A stretch of 64,000 bases of DNA from Podarcis filfolensis (Eukaryota), in assembly GCA_964270895.1 (NCBI GenBank), contig OZ185443.1. One strand, 5' to 3'. Positions 12,349 to 23,795 of this stretch are shown here, piece by piece; positions within the stretch are counted from its first letter, which is position 1; every line of letters begins with the position of its first letter. Position numbers and translations under genes: made by a program. The notes under the pieces are model-generated. The model saw only the letters and a list, made by a program, of their open reading frames with translations, had not been told where the DNA came from and did not search any database.

Positions 12349-13839
12349 GTCTAAGGCTAGCCAGGTAAGACATAACTGAACCACCACCAGCACAGTTTCA
12401 TGTTTCTTTCCATTGCCCCAAATTAGTTTGCTCATTTTCCATATACGTACACGCTTCTGGATCACAGATTTGTTTCTTTGTGGGTTTCTTTTGCTCATGA
12501 CTATTACAGCTTCATGTGTACTAATGCAACGTTCAAAAAATAAATCCCTCCAAAAGGGAGGGAGGGAGAGAAGCTAGGTATGTCTGCAAGGCATTTGTTG
12601 TGCTCTCCCTGCAAAGCAATTCGGAGAAGAAATGGAGCAAGAAGGTAAATAAGGAAATGTTGCTTTTAAAACTTTATAAAATGTGGGGAATGCCCTCACT
12701 GTGGATGAAGGTGAGAATGAATGTACAAACAAGAGCAAATTAAGCTTCAATTAAAAGAAGACAAAACAATGGAACAGGGTTATTGTTTCATGGCATCCCT
12801 ATTTAAATACTGAAAAACCTGCCTGTGCCCTTGAGCAGGGCTAATATTAAGGGAGTTCAAAAGACCAACAATATGTTGAAAAGATGGCTGAGGGGGACTG
12901 TAGGAACATGTGGCCTGCACTCCTTCCCCACAATCTGTGCATTTGGTTGGTGTCAAAAGGGATTTTATACAAGGACTGTAGAGTTTCCTCACATAGTGAT
13001 CGAACGTGCAGATGTGTGTGGCCACAGTGTGTGTCAGCAATGGTGGTCAGACTGCTCTTTGCAGCTCTGCAACCCCCATCTGACTTCTTCCAAAGCATGT
13101 GGAGGGCACCTGAAACCCCCTTATTATGATGAAAGTTGTTCCTTGAAGTGATGTTGCCTTCCTTCAGGCAGCTTGGCAATGAAGACTTTCCTCATCTCTA
13201 TGAAGGCTGAGCACAGATATGACTAATGAAGTGTGGAAAACTTCTGCTGTACAAGAGAAGCCAATAGCAATTTATTTTACAATATCTCAATGCTGCTTTT
13301 CAGGGCAAACCTTACAAAGTGGTTTACATTAAAAAAAAATAGATCAAGAATCATGAATGCGTCTCTAGAATGAAACAGTAGCAGCAAATTGGAGGATGAG
13401 GAAACTTCTGGAAAGCCGTATTTGTCCTCCTTTCAAGGCAAGATGGTTCATGAGTAGCCCTGTAGTAGCAGTTGGGGGCAAGAGGGAGGAGTCACCTCTC
13501 CTGGAACACTAGGAGGTATGTGGTGGACAGCTCTCAAGGCTCCTCACCTTTCTCTTCGCCCCACAAGTGCAATGCAGTTGTAAAGGGCACAGAAGCAGTG
13601 TTCAGGGTTTGCCCTGTTGATTCTTTGAAGTGACTGATTGTGTTTCATGTATATGAATTTCAGAAAATCATTTTATTGACTTTCATCACTGGCCACTCTA
13701 TCAAATGTGAGGCAGTTCATGGAGTGGACAGTTCCAACTCAGTGGCTTCCAAAAGCACATTGGGCCACTGACAGCCTCATACCATGACCTATTATCACCT
13801 GAAAGGCTTGACTTTCACTTGACTTGTATTTTGATTGTA

Positions 13840-14075
13840 CAGTGGTACCTTGGGTTAAGTACTTAATTCGTTCCGGAGGTCCATACTTAAACTGTTCTTA
13901 ACCTGAAGCACCACTTCAGCTAATGGGGCCTTCTGCTGCTGCCGCGCCGCCGGAGCCCGATTTCTGTTCTCATCCTGAAACAAAGTTCTTAACCTGAAGC
14001 AATATTTCTGGGTTAGCGGAGTCTGTAACCTGAAGCGTATGTAACCTGAAGCGTATGTAACCCGAGGTACCACTG
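13840..14075 (+). mobile_element. Tc1/mariner (pogo/Tigger-like) MITE, copy A
   Basis: TA TSD on both sides; TIR CAGTGGTACCT(C/T)GGGTTA; same family as 34332, 40531 and 48004. Confidence 0.92.
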
Positions 14076-14911
14076 TATTGTATTGTTAATTCCCCTGGGT
14101 CTGAGAGCTTTACTTATTGTGAAAATGCCATCTTACCCACTTGAAGCTCAGTTAAGCAAAATTTCTTCAGTTTTTCTGTGCATCTGATAAGATCCAGTTT
14201 TTAAGATAAATGTCAGTTCTTATTGACTAGACATCTAGCAGGTCTGTTCTATTTATTCTAGGAAGAAATGCTTGGTGTATTTAAAGGGTATTAGGAAATG
14301 TTTTAATCCAGTAATCCTCTTCCACATGTACTTGGTATGTTGCGTGTACAGAAGAGCAGTTTTTCATGTTCTATCCCTGTGGGATCCTGCTGCTTGCATC
14401 AAACAAGAGCAGAGCTACTGCTCTGCCTTCCACTTACAGAAACTGGTGTGGAATCCTACTGCAGAGAAGTAACAAGGGAATTCTGTGCAGACTGGCAGGG
14501 AAAGCCCGCTGGTATATTTCCATCTGTACTAAGCACTGCACATACATGAGAGAACAGTACTATGGCGATGCTGTGCAAAGAGCCACATGGCCTTAGTTGT
14601 ACAGAGCTCTTTTCTATGTGTGCTTTAGATCTAGCCATTTCATTCAAAAGCTGTACTGAATGTGAAATAATGATTTCAATGCAATTTTGCCCACATGCCA
14701 AAACACCCGTGAAAGAAATCTTGTGAAATCCTTTAGTGCTGCTATCTTAACAAAATATTTCCTGGCTTTCCATTTTTAAAATCAGTTTCATTTCGAATGT
14801 ATGCCAGAGTACATAGTGTCGTTAGCACAGTCTATTTTCCCCTCTTGTCTTATTCTAGCCAGATGCATTACCCTCTGCCACACATTAAATAGCTAACCAG
14901 GAACTCTGCAT

Positions 14912-14954
14912 TGGGAGGTCTGGCCTTTCAGGTATGTCATTTTGAGACCACCCT
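14912..14954. promoter_or_regulatory. Pair of GLI-type motifs in intron 11 (candidate Hedgehog-response element)
   Basis: TGGGAGGTC (= GACCTCCCA) at 14912-14920 and GACCACCCT at 14946-14954, in non-repeat DNA. Confidence 0.45.
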
Positions 14955-15617
14955 AATCGCCGAGGCAACAGGAGCACAAAGCCAAGGTCAAACAAAGCAA
15001 CCCCCTTGTAATTAGATACTAATAGTGGATTAAAGGTGTAAAATTCGCCTAAATCCACACACCAACAGACTAAACAATCCAAATGAAGCCAGCAAGATTT
15101 GTTTTGCAAAAGTACTTTTCCACCTAGAATTCATAAATAAAACAAATATAGTATGCTTGATTGACTGCAGTAACATCTGCTTCTTAATTAATAACGTTTC
15201 AGTGGCAGATACATGACAAAGTAATGGAACTTTCCTATATGTTATTAATTTACTGTTAGGTTGTTCAAAATTCTGAATCACTTATACACCCTCTGTCAAA
15301 GCAGAACCCTCTTATTTCAGCTTCCCTGCCACTTTGCCATTCCCTGCACATCTCAATAGTCTACACATCCAAGTATTGATGGACTACCTTGCCTCTACAG
15401 TATCTTCTCCATTTCCAATAAAAAAGCTGTTGTTTTAATATTTTACTCATGATTTTGAAAGCTTATTCATTTGAATGACAAAGAGTGGGTTTTCATAGGG
15501 AAGGCTCTGGAGAGAGCAAAAAGGGTGGGTGGGTGCTTGGACTATGCCTGGAAATAACAGAGGAAAGGTAAGTGTGGATAAGCCATTTTTCTCTCTGCTT
15601 AGCTGTGTGACTCTTGG

Positions 15618-15752
15618 CAGTGCTGTTTCTCTAAAAAAAAAAGAGGTACCAGAACTCACCACGAATACCTCCCTTGTATAATGGCAATGGTGCCCACCTG
15701 AGTGGTGCCAGAACTGAGTTCTGGTGAGTTCCAGTGGAAAAAAAAAGCCTCC
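15618..15752. mobile_element. Short non-autonomous DNA element (hAT-like MITE)
   Basis: Termini CAGTGCTGTTT...AAAAAAGCCT; internal inverted GAACTCACC/GGTGAGTTC motifs; TSD not clean. Confidence 0.5.
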
Positions 15753-15931
15753 TTATGGCAGGTGAGCTGCTGCTGCTTACTGGGAGGAAGAGGGGAGGGT
15801 AGCATGGTGCAAATGCACAGGAAGGAGTGCTGGATTGGTTCCACCTATGTGCTTGCACAATGTCAACCTCGCCACTGCCTCTCCTCTAGGTAAACGGCAC
15901 CAACTCACTCACTCACTAAAGCATCTCTTAC

Positions 15932-16013
15932 CTTTTGGGGTCAACAATTTTGTAGAGCTTCCCATTGTGAGAGTGTGTCATGCTTTTACTGCTTGCTAAG
16001 ATGTAGACCTCAC
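15932..16013 (-). CDS. HHIP: HHIP exon 11 (GEVYILASSKSMTHSHNGKLYKIVDPKR); absent from the ORF track
   Basis: 82 nt; acceptor ttaacag|GT, donor AG|gtaaga. Confidence 0.98.
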
Positions 16014-17159
16014 CTGTTAAGAAAACGCATACCATAAATGATTAGTGGTATCCACTAAAAAACTGAAAAGTTAATGTACAATTTGTGGCTCTTTCTTGTT
16101 GTGTGGCAAGGATATTACAATATTTAATTTAATTCTGCTTTACATTAGTATTTCCGGTTTCTTTTTGGTTTTTTTTAAAAGCAAACAGAACTGAGAAAGA
16201 ACAACTTGGCTGATAAAGCCCCAGAGATCCACAGCCGGGCATGGAAACTGAACCCAGGATCCACTGGTCAAAGTCTAAAGATCCGAAGATACATTCTGTG
16301 CTTGAGTCTCAGTATCTGACCTCAGTCTCAGTCCTTGTTGTGCATTTATGTGAATATATTTCTCCTAAAGCCCCTGGCACAAAAGAGGCATATAAACTTT
16401 GCTGGCAATTTCGCTTTCTCTTTCTGTCACAGTGTGAAAAAGGATTAAGGGAGCAATCCTAACTAACCTCCTACAGTCTGCTGGGGCTTTATGGGGTGGT
16501 AGGGCCAAAGTTAAATCCAAAGCTTTGTGGCCGGGACAGAGGGTAGTGGGCAGGCAGATGGCTGTGCCAGCCTAGATCTGATTCAGCCTCACCATAAGAA
16601 AACTGGGGTCTTTCTGCTGGCTTCTGCTGCCAGGGTCCTTACTGGGAGCACTTCTGCCTGTCCACATATTTGCAGGTGGAAGAGGGAGTTTCACTCCAGT
16701 AGTCACTGGGAGGGTGAAAGCATCAATGTGGTTTCAATTGCTCTTGTAGCATGAGTAGGGCAATTTGGGAAAACAATTCGTAGAGTTTTGTTAGTTTAGA
16801 AAAATGAAGAATCAATCATTCTGCAGATATGATGCAACTGATATACTCAGTACACTGCACATTACGGAGATAGCTTGTCCATGTTCTGGAAACCTCCTGT
16901 TTAGATATATTCTGGAGCTGTTATTGAGAATATAGCTTGTCTGTGCTTATGTAGCTCCTTTGGCTTTTGTTCTAGTACTATTCCAAGTGCCAGTGCTTAC
17001 TTTTAAGGCTCTGCACAGATCAGGATGTGGATATCAGAAGGAAAGTCCACTTCCATCTTTGGAGCCCCTTCTTAAGCACCCACACTACCTGAAGTTTTTA
17101 TTTATTTAAATGCATTTATAAATTGCTTAATAAATAAAAAATCTCTAATTGAGGCAAGA

Positions 17160-17450
17160 AGTGACAGGGCCTTTTTGGTATTGGCCCGTTTATAGTATTC
17201 TCTCTCTAGGAAGGCTCTCCTGGTGCCTACACTAAGTTATTTTGGGTCCCAGGGGAAGATTTTTTAAATTTCCCCAGGCTTTTAATATCTGATGAGCTTT
17301 TAATATTTGAGTATCTTATTGCTACTTTTAAATCCTAGTGTTTTATTGTTTGCTTTCATTTTATTACATTTTAAAATATTATCTTGTTTCTTTTTTCTTG
17401 TGAACCACCCTGATAATAATGTATTGAACTGCAATATAGAACTTTTATAA
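17160..17450 (+). mobile_element. L2 LINE 3' end
   Basis: AGGGCCTTTTTGGTATTGGCCC... (degenerate RAFSxxAPxLWN region) followed by a T-rich UTR and TGTGAACCACCCTGA. Confidence 0.65.
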
Positions 17451-17519
17451 ATGCACACATAGATAGCCAATTTTTCCTTTAAATATAATAATATCCTAAA
17501 TAAGCTGTTTTTGTCTTAC

Positions 17520-17650
17520 CTACTTCATCTTCACCAAATCCCAAGATATGTCCTGAAAAGAAACCTCTACATGAACCACTGTTGCCCAGACACAGTGGTT
17601 TCTCTTGCCACTGTTTGGTCACGGGGCTCTGTTGCAGTGTTAAAAAATTT
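17520..17650 (-). CDS. HHIP: HHIP exon 10 (NFLTLQQSPVTKQWQEKPLCLGNSGSCRGFFSGHILGFGEDEV)
   Basis: 131 nt; acceptor tttacag|A, donor G|gtaaga. Confidence 0.98.
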
Positions 17651-17930
17651 CTGTAAACACAAATAAAAAAAAGGGACAAAATCTTACACAGTGTGCTTTG
17701 CACCAATAAAATCTAGAACTATAATGAACATATGTAAGATGGGGTCCTTTAAAATCTGAGCCATAAAACCTACAATCCAGATTATACTTTGTGCCTCTGA
17801 ACACTGATAAATTCTCATGAAATATGAAACGGATTGACATAGCACAATGTTTTGATGAATCCAGACCTATTATGCTTTGGTCACTGAAAGCTACTTGAGG
17901 TGCTCTAAAAGGCTTTCCATATGATTGGTG

Positions 17931-18239
17931 CAGTGGCGGAGCAAGCTGATCGGGTGCCTGAGGTGGTGCGTGTGATCTGCGCCCAGGGGCTGGGCCAGCT
18001 GCGTGCGGGGATGGGGCCAGCCAGGGCAGGACACTCTGTGGGGCTTCCGAGGAGTCTGCCTGCCTCCTCCAACTCAGCCACCCTATAGCCGGGGAGGAGG
18101 AGGCGGGTGGACCAGGAGAGATGCATGGCTCGGGTGCGCTGCACACCCAACAGTGAGTGCCACCTGCCATTTTGTCACTCCCGTCAGTGGTGACACCCGG
18201 GGCGGACCGCCCCCACCGTACCCCCTTCCTCCGCCCCTG
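17931..18239. mobile_element. GC/CpG-rich non-autonomous DNA transposon (hAT-like MITE)
   Basis: TIRs CAGTGGCGGAGCAAG / CTTCCTCCGCCCCTG (13/15 match); flanked by ATTGGTG on both sides. Confidence 0.85.
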
Positions 18240-18885
18240 ATTGGTGGGGCTTTTGATTCCGCCTCTCTTGGGAACAACAACGGATCTACCACTCACCGAA
18301 AGATGTGGAGCCCTCAAATATCCCACAGAACCTACACACAGTGTATTTCACTCCTGGTACCATGTGCTTTCTTCAACACGAAGTCCCAGAATCAATGTAG
18401 TAATTTCAACCAGATATTTTCTAACAAGCAAACACCCATACATGTGCAACATCCATTAACTGAACATAACCTTCCCTAACTGAACAAACTAACCGGCAGG
18501 CTTGCTCTTAAGAAGCTGTTCATCTTAAACATACAGTAGCATATATCAGCATGGGATGTGTGCACAAAGGGGACTGCAGACTAGGAGAGAGGAGAAGGCA
18601 TGGAAATGGGGGTGATCTATGCGCAAGGGACAGTTGAGATAAAGTAAGGGGGCAGGGAGAAAAAGGGGTGGTTGCAGAAAAGGCGGGAGGAGGAGGAATG
18701 GGAATGTAGGCGAAGGTGAAAGCAGGGGCACAAAACAGTCTACAGCATCAGAGGAAATGGTGACTTCATAAATGGGTGAAAAGGGTGCTTAGTAGTTGCC
18801 ATGTGTGGGAGGAAGAAGATGCAGGAGCTTACTACGAGGGGGGCAACATCTGTACTGCTTTTGTGTGAGTTTTAAATAAACTTAC

Positions 18886-19009
18886 CCATTGCGGTCTGCA
18901 AAAATATAACTTCCATAAAGTCTTTCAGACTGGCAGCCTCTGTATACAAATCCACCAACCAATGACCCACTACTGAATGGCTTGAATTCCAAAAGTGAAG
19001 GCTCGCTTT
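18886..19009 (-). CDS. HHIP: HHIP exon 9 (ESEPSLLEFKPFSSGSLVGGFVYRGCQSERLYGSYIFADRNG); absent from the ORF track
   Basis: 124 nt; acceptor ttttag|AA, donor GG|gtaagt. Confidence 0.98.
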
Positions 19010-19617
19010 CTAAAAAGGAACTACCACAGTGTTAGATTAAATGCAATTTCGTTTGTTAAAGATATGTTTTAATTCAAAGAGGAGAGTAAAAAATCAGGAT
19101 ATTTGTATTTCAACAACCCCAGTGCTGCAAACCAGAAAATGCAAGGTAGAATTTAGGCTAAAATAACATTACAGTTTCTTTAGTCAGCAACATTTGTCTA
19201 GCATTAGATCTTATGCAGCACAACCCTATGCATGCTTTAATTGAATTTTCACAGTCTACTTTTTGCATTTCATTACCATTTGACTGCATCTTGCACGACT
19301 GTTTTCTCTTTCCACTTCACGCCTCAGATGAAGTGGATTCTAGTCTACAAAATCTTACATTTTCATTACTCGTTAAGATGCCACAAGATTCTTCCTTGTT
19401 TTCCCAAAATATATAATTTTAAATGATTTGCAGAGACATGATTTTTGTTTGCTAGACTCTAGCAAGCTGGAGACTACTGCACTTACTTTTTCCTTAATTT
19501 TTGGAAAATGAATTTGCATGTTAAGCTTTTAGGGTAAGTAAGACAATATTATGCAATCTGATAAATTATTCTTTTAAGCAAGGGACCACAGTACTTTACT
19601 CTAATTGCATTCTTCCC

Positions 19618-19626
19618 TGGGTGGTC
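19618..19626 (-). promoter_or_regulatory. Perfect GLI consensus (GACCACCCA) in intron 8
   Basis: TGGGTGGTC read directly; function not shown. Confidence 0.35.
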
Positions 19627-20080
19627 ATAATTTTGCATCACAAAATTGCTTTGTTTCATCTTCATTAGAATCACCCAGAATTCCACTGGAACTGTGGCTT
19701 AATAAATCCCTTTTCAAACCACATCACTCTTTAGTATGGCATTTATAAAATGTACCCACAAATATGTACAATAGCTAAAGCTGAAATCTGGAAGAGGGCT
19801 AGTCATGCTCTCAAGTTCCACTGATTTCAACGGGTCCTAAGTGCTCATAACTCTGTTCTGGGCTGTAGATAATGCTGCAACATTTTAAAATCATGTATCT
19901 GTAACTATGAGACTAGAAATACTTTAATTTGAAAGGAGTGTAATGGTAAAAATATTTTTTTAATCTTCCTTTTGCTCCCTTTCACATATAACATATTAGA
20001 TATGCCTGTAGGGCTGTACTCACTATCCTACACATTCTTGGAAGGCTATCTAAATATACTGTACGTATTATAGGACTTAC

Positions 20081-20202
20081 CATAATCTTTCCCCTTTATT
20101 ATCTGAAGGATTCTTGCTGAGGACCTGTTCTTCCCATTGGAGTCTGAACAAAGTATTGTTAAATTAATATTTACATCAGTTGGGTGACGATCCACGGCAC
20201 AC
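20081..20202 (-). CDS. HHIP: HHIP exon 8 (CAVDRHPTDVNINLTILCSDSNGKNRSSARILQIIKGKDY)
   Basis: 122 nt; acceptor ttgaacag|G, donor TATG|gtaagt. Confidence 0.98.
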
Positions 20203-21078
20203 CTGTTCAACAGCATGTTAAAAGAGAGATGAAACAGCAAACCTTCTGTCATTTACCACTTTGCTTCTATACCAGAATACAAAACAATGCTTTCCATGCT
20301 GAAATGCTGATCCTCAAGTGCATGTAAATGACCATTCTTATAAGGTTTGTTTACTATGCAAGTTGGAAACCTTAGCCTGGGAGCTGAATACGGCCTTCTG
20401 ACCTTCTGGGCCTCTCTGTATGGTCCTCCAGACAATCCTTTAGCCACCCCACCCCAGACCACAACTCGTTCTGGCTTTGCCTCTAGCACTCCATAAATGC
20501 TTTTGCCTGGCTGGAATGTGTCTTTGAACTGTCATAATGTCTCTTGCTGGAAAGATGGAGCGGTGTGTGGGTGTAGTTGCAGAAGCCTTTTACTTTGTGG
20601 CTGGGCTATAACCTACTGTTGTCATGTTGTTGGATTTGCTATTGATGATGCATGCAGTAGCCACTGTTGTAGAACATGAATGAGTTAATTGCTGACGCAG
20701 GCGGGGAAATTGCTGCAGCATTACAATGTACTACTTATTTATAATTTTATATAAATTATTCAGCTGGTTTGAGTTACTGAGTGGAAATCTATAATACTTT
20801 ATACTGGGATTGTGGTGAAACTAAGGGGTAAACATGCATTTGGAACCTGGGGTATGTGTTAGTGTTGAGTGGAGAAGGGATTTGGAGTGGAGAAACTGGA
20901 ACAGGAAACACAGGCTCTCCTTCTGCAGCTTCTCTCGCCGTCGGATTCACGCCTCCTGAATAGGTTTCTCTTTTAAATCAGACCTCTGTTACATGTATAC
21001 TGTAATATGTAGCTAACCACTAAGTTTCACTAAAGTCTGAGTATCAAGCATTTGCAATTCATAAGTTACATTTAGGCA

Positions 21079-21346
21079 GTGATGGCCACCAACCCAGATG
21101 GCTTTATAAGAGAATTAGACAGATCCACAGAGAGGGCTACTGATGACAACTAGCCATGATGGCCATGCTATGCCTTCAAAGTTGGAGGCAGTAAAAATTC
21201 TGAATACCAGTTGCTCGGAACTGTGCTCTTGTACACAGATCCTGCTTGCAAGTTTCCCACAGGCATCTTGGTTGGCCATTGTGAGAGCAGGATGCTGGAC
21301 TAGTTAAGCCATTGGTTGGATCCCGCAGGCTCTTCTTGTGTTCTTT
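21079..21346 (+). mobile_element. CR1 LINE 3' fragment
   Basis: GATGGCTTTATAAGAGAATTAGACAGATCC...GGATGCTGGACTAG...CAGGCTCTTCTTGTGTTCTT; similar to 33945-34272. Confidence 0.8.
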
Positions 21347-21481
21347 AAGGACTACCTGAATATTTTATACTAAATTAGAAAAACAAGCCCTTTGACAGAA
21401 ACAAAAACCCATTTTGAAAATTCCTGGACCAGAGTGCTTGTTTCTGATTTGTGCAAAACCCAAAAGAAATTCATACAACTT

Positions 21482-21925
21482 GATGCTCGGCATCCGCCTG
21501 TCTTGGGAAACAATGGAAGAGTGTGCCTTTGGGGGTGAAATCAAACCATTGGAGAGTTACAGCACCTGATGGCTGTAGAGATCAATAAGGAAGAGAATGT
21601 TTTGTTGCAGCTGGGGCAGATGAAGGCATCCAGTTGTGCTGCTGCAGACACACCGTGGTTTTTCTTCTTTCTGTGCTCTTCCCAGTGGTCATTCCTGCTC
21701 TGGCCACTGCTGTGGATACACAACCTCACTGGTTGTCTCCAGGCACTGCAGTCGTTTGCAAGGGATTTTCACACAGCAGGGTTGATGCTGCCAGCCTTCA
21801 TGTCTCGTTTGTAGACATCTTTCTAGTGAAGAGTTGGTCTTCTAACAGGCCTGGTGCCTGAAGCCAGCTCTCCATAGAGCATGTTCTTGTTGTGCTTAGA
21901 TGTATGGCTGGCAAAGTGATTTAAA
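21482..21925 (-). mobile_element. RTE-clade LINE 3' fragment
   Basis: Minus-strand peptide DHWEEHRKKK...DAFICPSCNKT (C-terminal zinc-finger-like region); same family as 28793 and 41750. Confidence 0.85.
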
Positions 21926-22241
21926 CTCTAATCTCCCTATGGCAACACCAATTCACCACAGGGAATTTGTTTAGTAGACTGGAATGTAATGTACATACTA
22001 ATACAGTATTTCCGAACGAACACATGGATCTTCTTTCACAGTTGTAAGACCTTGTTCCAAATATACATCCCCATGAAGTAAACACACACACACCCTTTCG
22101 GTTAAATTATTTTCTTGTCTTTTTCCTCCTTTTCCCTATGGGCATAGATGAAGGATTGTCTCTGAATATTCAATTTTTAAAAGTGTGTTTATCTCCTTGT
22201 TAGTTTATGGTCATGTTGAAAAAGAAATATAACCTACTTAC

Positions 22242-22385
22242 CTGCCTGGATTGTGGAGTCCATGGGCAAAAATTTCAGGAGGCTGATTGGTGCTGTTAAA
22301 GTGTGGGTTGCTCCGTGGTATGGAATAAGGCACATGGCAGAAATCAGTGTCTACATCCAGGCGTAACACAGAACCTGTAAAATCA
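22242..22385 (-). CDS. HHIP: HHIP exon 7 (DFTGSVLRLDVDTDFCHVPYSIPRSNPHFNSTNQPPEIFAHGLHNPGR); absent from the ORF track
   Basis: 144 nt, found by hand; acceptor ttctcag|T, donor AG|gtaagt. Confidence 0.98.
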
Positions 22386-22979
22386 CTGAGAAAGTTGGAG
22401 GATAACACAATTGTTTTTTAAAAGGATTTTTACTGGGCAGCATTCATTTAAATAGTAGTGAAATAAACAGGAAATTGCCCAACGAAAGGGTAATCTCTGA
22501 GGGTTTAATGCAGCATACTGACTCTGTGAGATAACATAGCTCTAAATTGCCTCAACTTGTTAAGTCTCAGTTTGGCCTCTTTAAGAGACAGAAATGACAT
22601 GTTGCATGCACCTATGATTTTCACTGGACACATTTGCTCAAATGAGTTCCTCCATTTTGGAGGACTGCTACTTGTGCTTAGCTATATTGAGCGGGGAGCA
22701 GTATAAACAGAGCAGTATGGATAAAATACATTTTCCTCCACTAAGCATTAATACTTCTATGGTGGTCTGCATCTTGCTATTCTAATTCTTTCACTGAAGT
22801 GATCAGCACATGAATTGTATAAATATAGTGAGTGAGGGGGATTGGCACATGTTTTCAATGATGAAGATTATATTACTGATCTGTATTGGACATCTAAATG
22901 GTAGAATTATTTTAGCGGGTATGGTGCTGAAAAAGAAACAATAAATAAGAAAGATTTTATCCACTGGTAATTATTATAC

Positions 22980-23153
22980 CTCAAACCATCCATCTCCTCC
23001 ATATCATCTATAGTGATCATCCCATCACCAAGGAATGTGTATAAAAATCCATCAGGGCCAAACAGCAGCTGTCCTCCAAGGTGTTTTCTGTGTAGCTCTG
23101 CAACTTCTAGAAAACCTCTTGCTGTTCTCGTATCAACCTGATGTGGATTTTTC
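22980..23153 (-). CDS. HHIP: HHIP exon 6 (KNPHQVDTRTARGFLEVAELHRKHLGGQLLFGPDGFLYTFLGDGMITIDDMEEMDGLS); contains the Hedgehog-binding loop
   Basis: 174 nt; acceptor ctacag|G, donor AG|gtataa. The MEEMDG motif (Asp383-equivalent codon at 22988-22990) is intact. Confidence 0.98.
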
Positions 23154-23490
23154 CTGTAGCACAGAAGAAGGATTGTGGAATTAATCTCCATTAAAATTAT
23201 GTTTAAAATGTTTCTTCTCTGCCCCAGAATCATCCTTGCATTAGTTCAGAACGGCAGGGACATATGGTTTTTGATATAAAGCTTTGTCCTAGGTCCTTTT
23301 AAACATGGGTGAGGCATGATAGCTTCCACTCAACTGGCCTGGGTGCCAATGATTCCTTAGTGGACTGTGACTGGCCATCAAACACTGTGCGGGGGGTTTT
23401 TTGGTACTGTTTTGTTGCTTTGCTTGCCATGTGGCAAAGGTTTTGCATCCTGAATGTATCTCAGGTGTTTGTTGCTGATATTAAGAGATA

Positions 23491-23795
23491 ACCAGTGTGG
23501 TATAATAGAGAAGGGTTAGGGAACCTGTGGCACCCCAGATGTTGGATGTTATTGCTGAACGCTAGCAACGCTGCCGGTGCCTGATGTGAGTTGGAGTCCA
23601 ACATATGAACAGCCACAGGTTCCTCCTCCCTGACTTAATCTTAGACTATGGCTGGGGTGACTCAGTCATAAGATGACCATGGACCAGTCACTATTCTCTT
23701 AATAGGGTTGCTGTGAGGATAAATTTGGGGAAAATGTGTATGCTACCCCAAGGTCCTTGGAAAAAGGGTGGGACACATGGAAATAAATAAACAAA
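23491..23795 (+). mobile_element. Ther1/MIR-type SINE interrupted by a palindromic hAT-type MITE (about 23511-23632)
   Basis: Head ACCAGTGTGGTATAATAG, then GGGAACCTGTGG...CCACAGGTTCC, then the CORE-like ACCAGTCACT...GGGTTGCTGTGAGGATAAA. Confidence 0.65.

Noticed and set aside
13126-13210. C/D-box snoRNA-like arrangement (ATGATGA...CTGA, 85 nt)
   Set aside because: It is antisense to the host intron, has no terminal stem, and shows no recognisable rRNA guide.
17402-17412. GLI-like GAACCACCCT motif
   Set aside because: It lies in an L2 3' UTR, where this sequence is part of the repeat, and it is a poor match.
17640-18479. Longest ORFs in the track (228 aa minus, 158 aa plus)
   Set aside because: They arise from the GC-rich, stop-poor MITE at 17931-18239; the peptides are low-complexity and have no recognisable domain.
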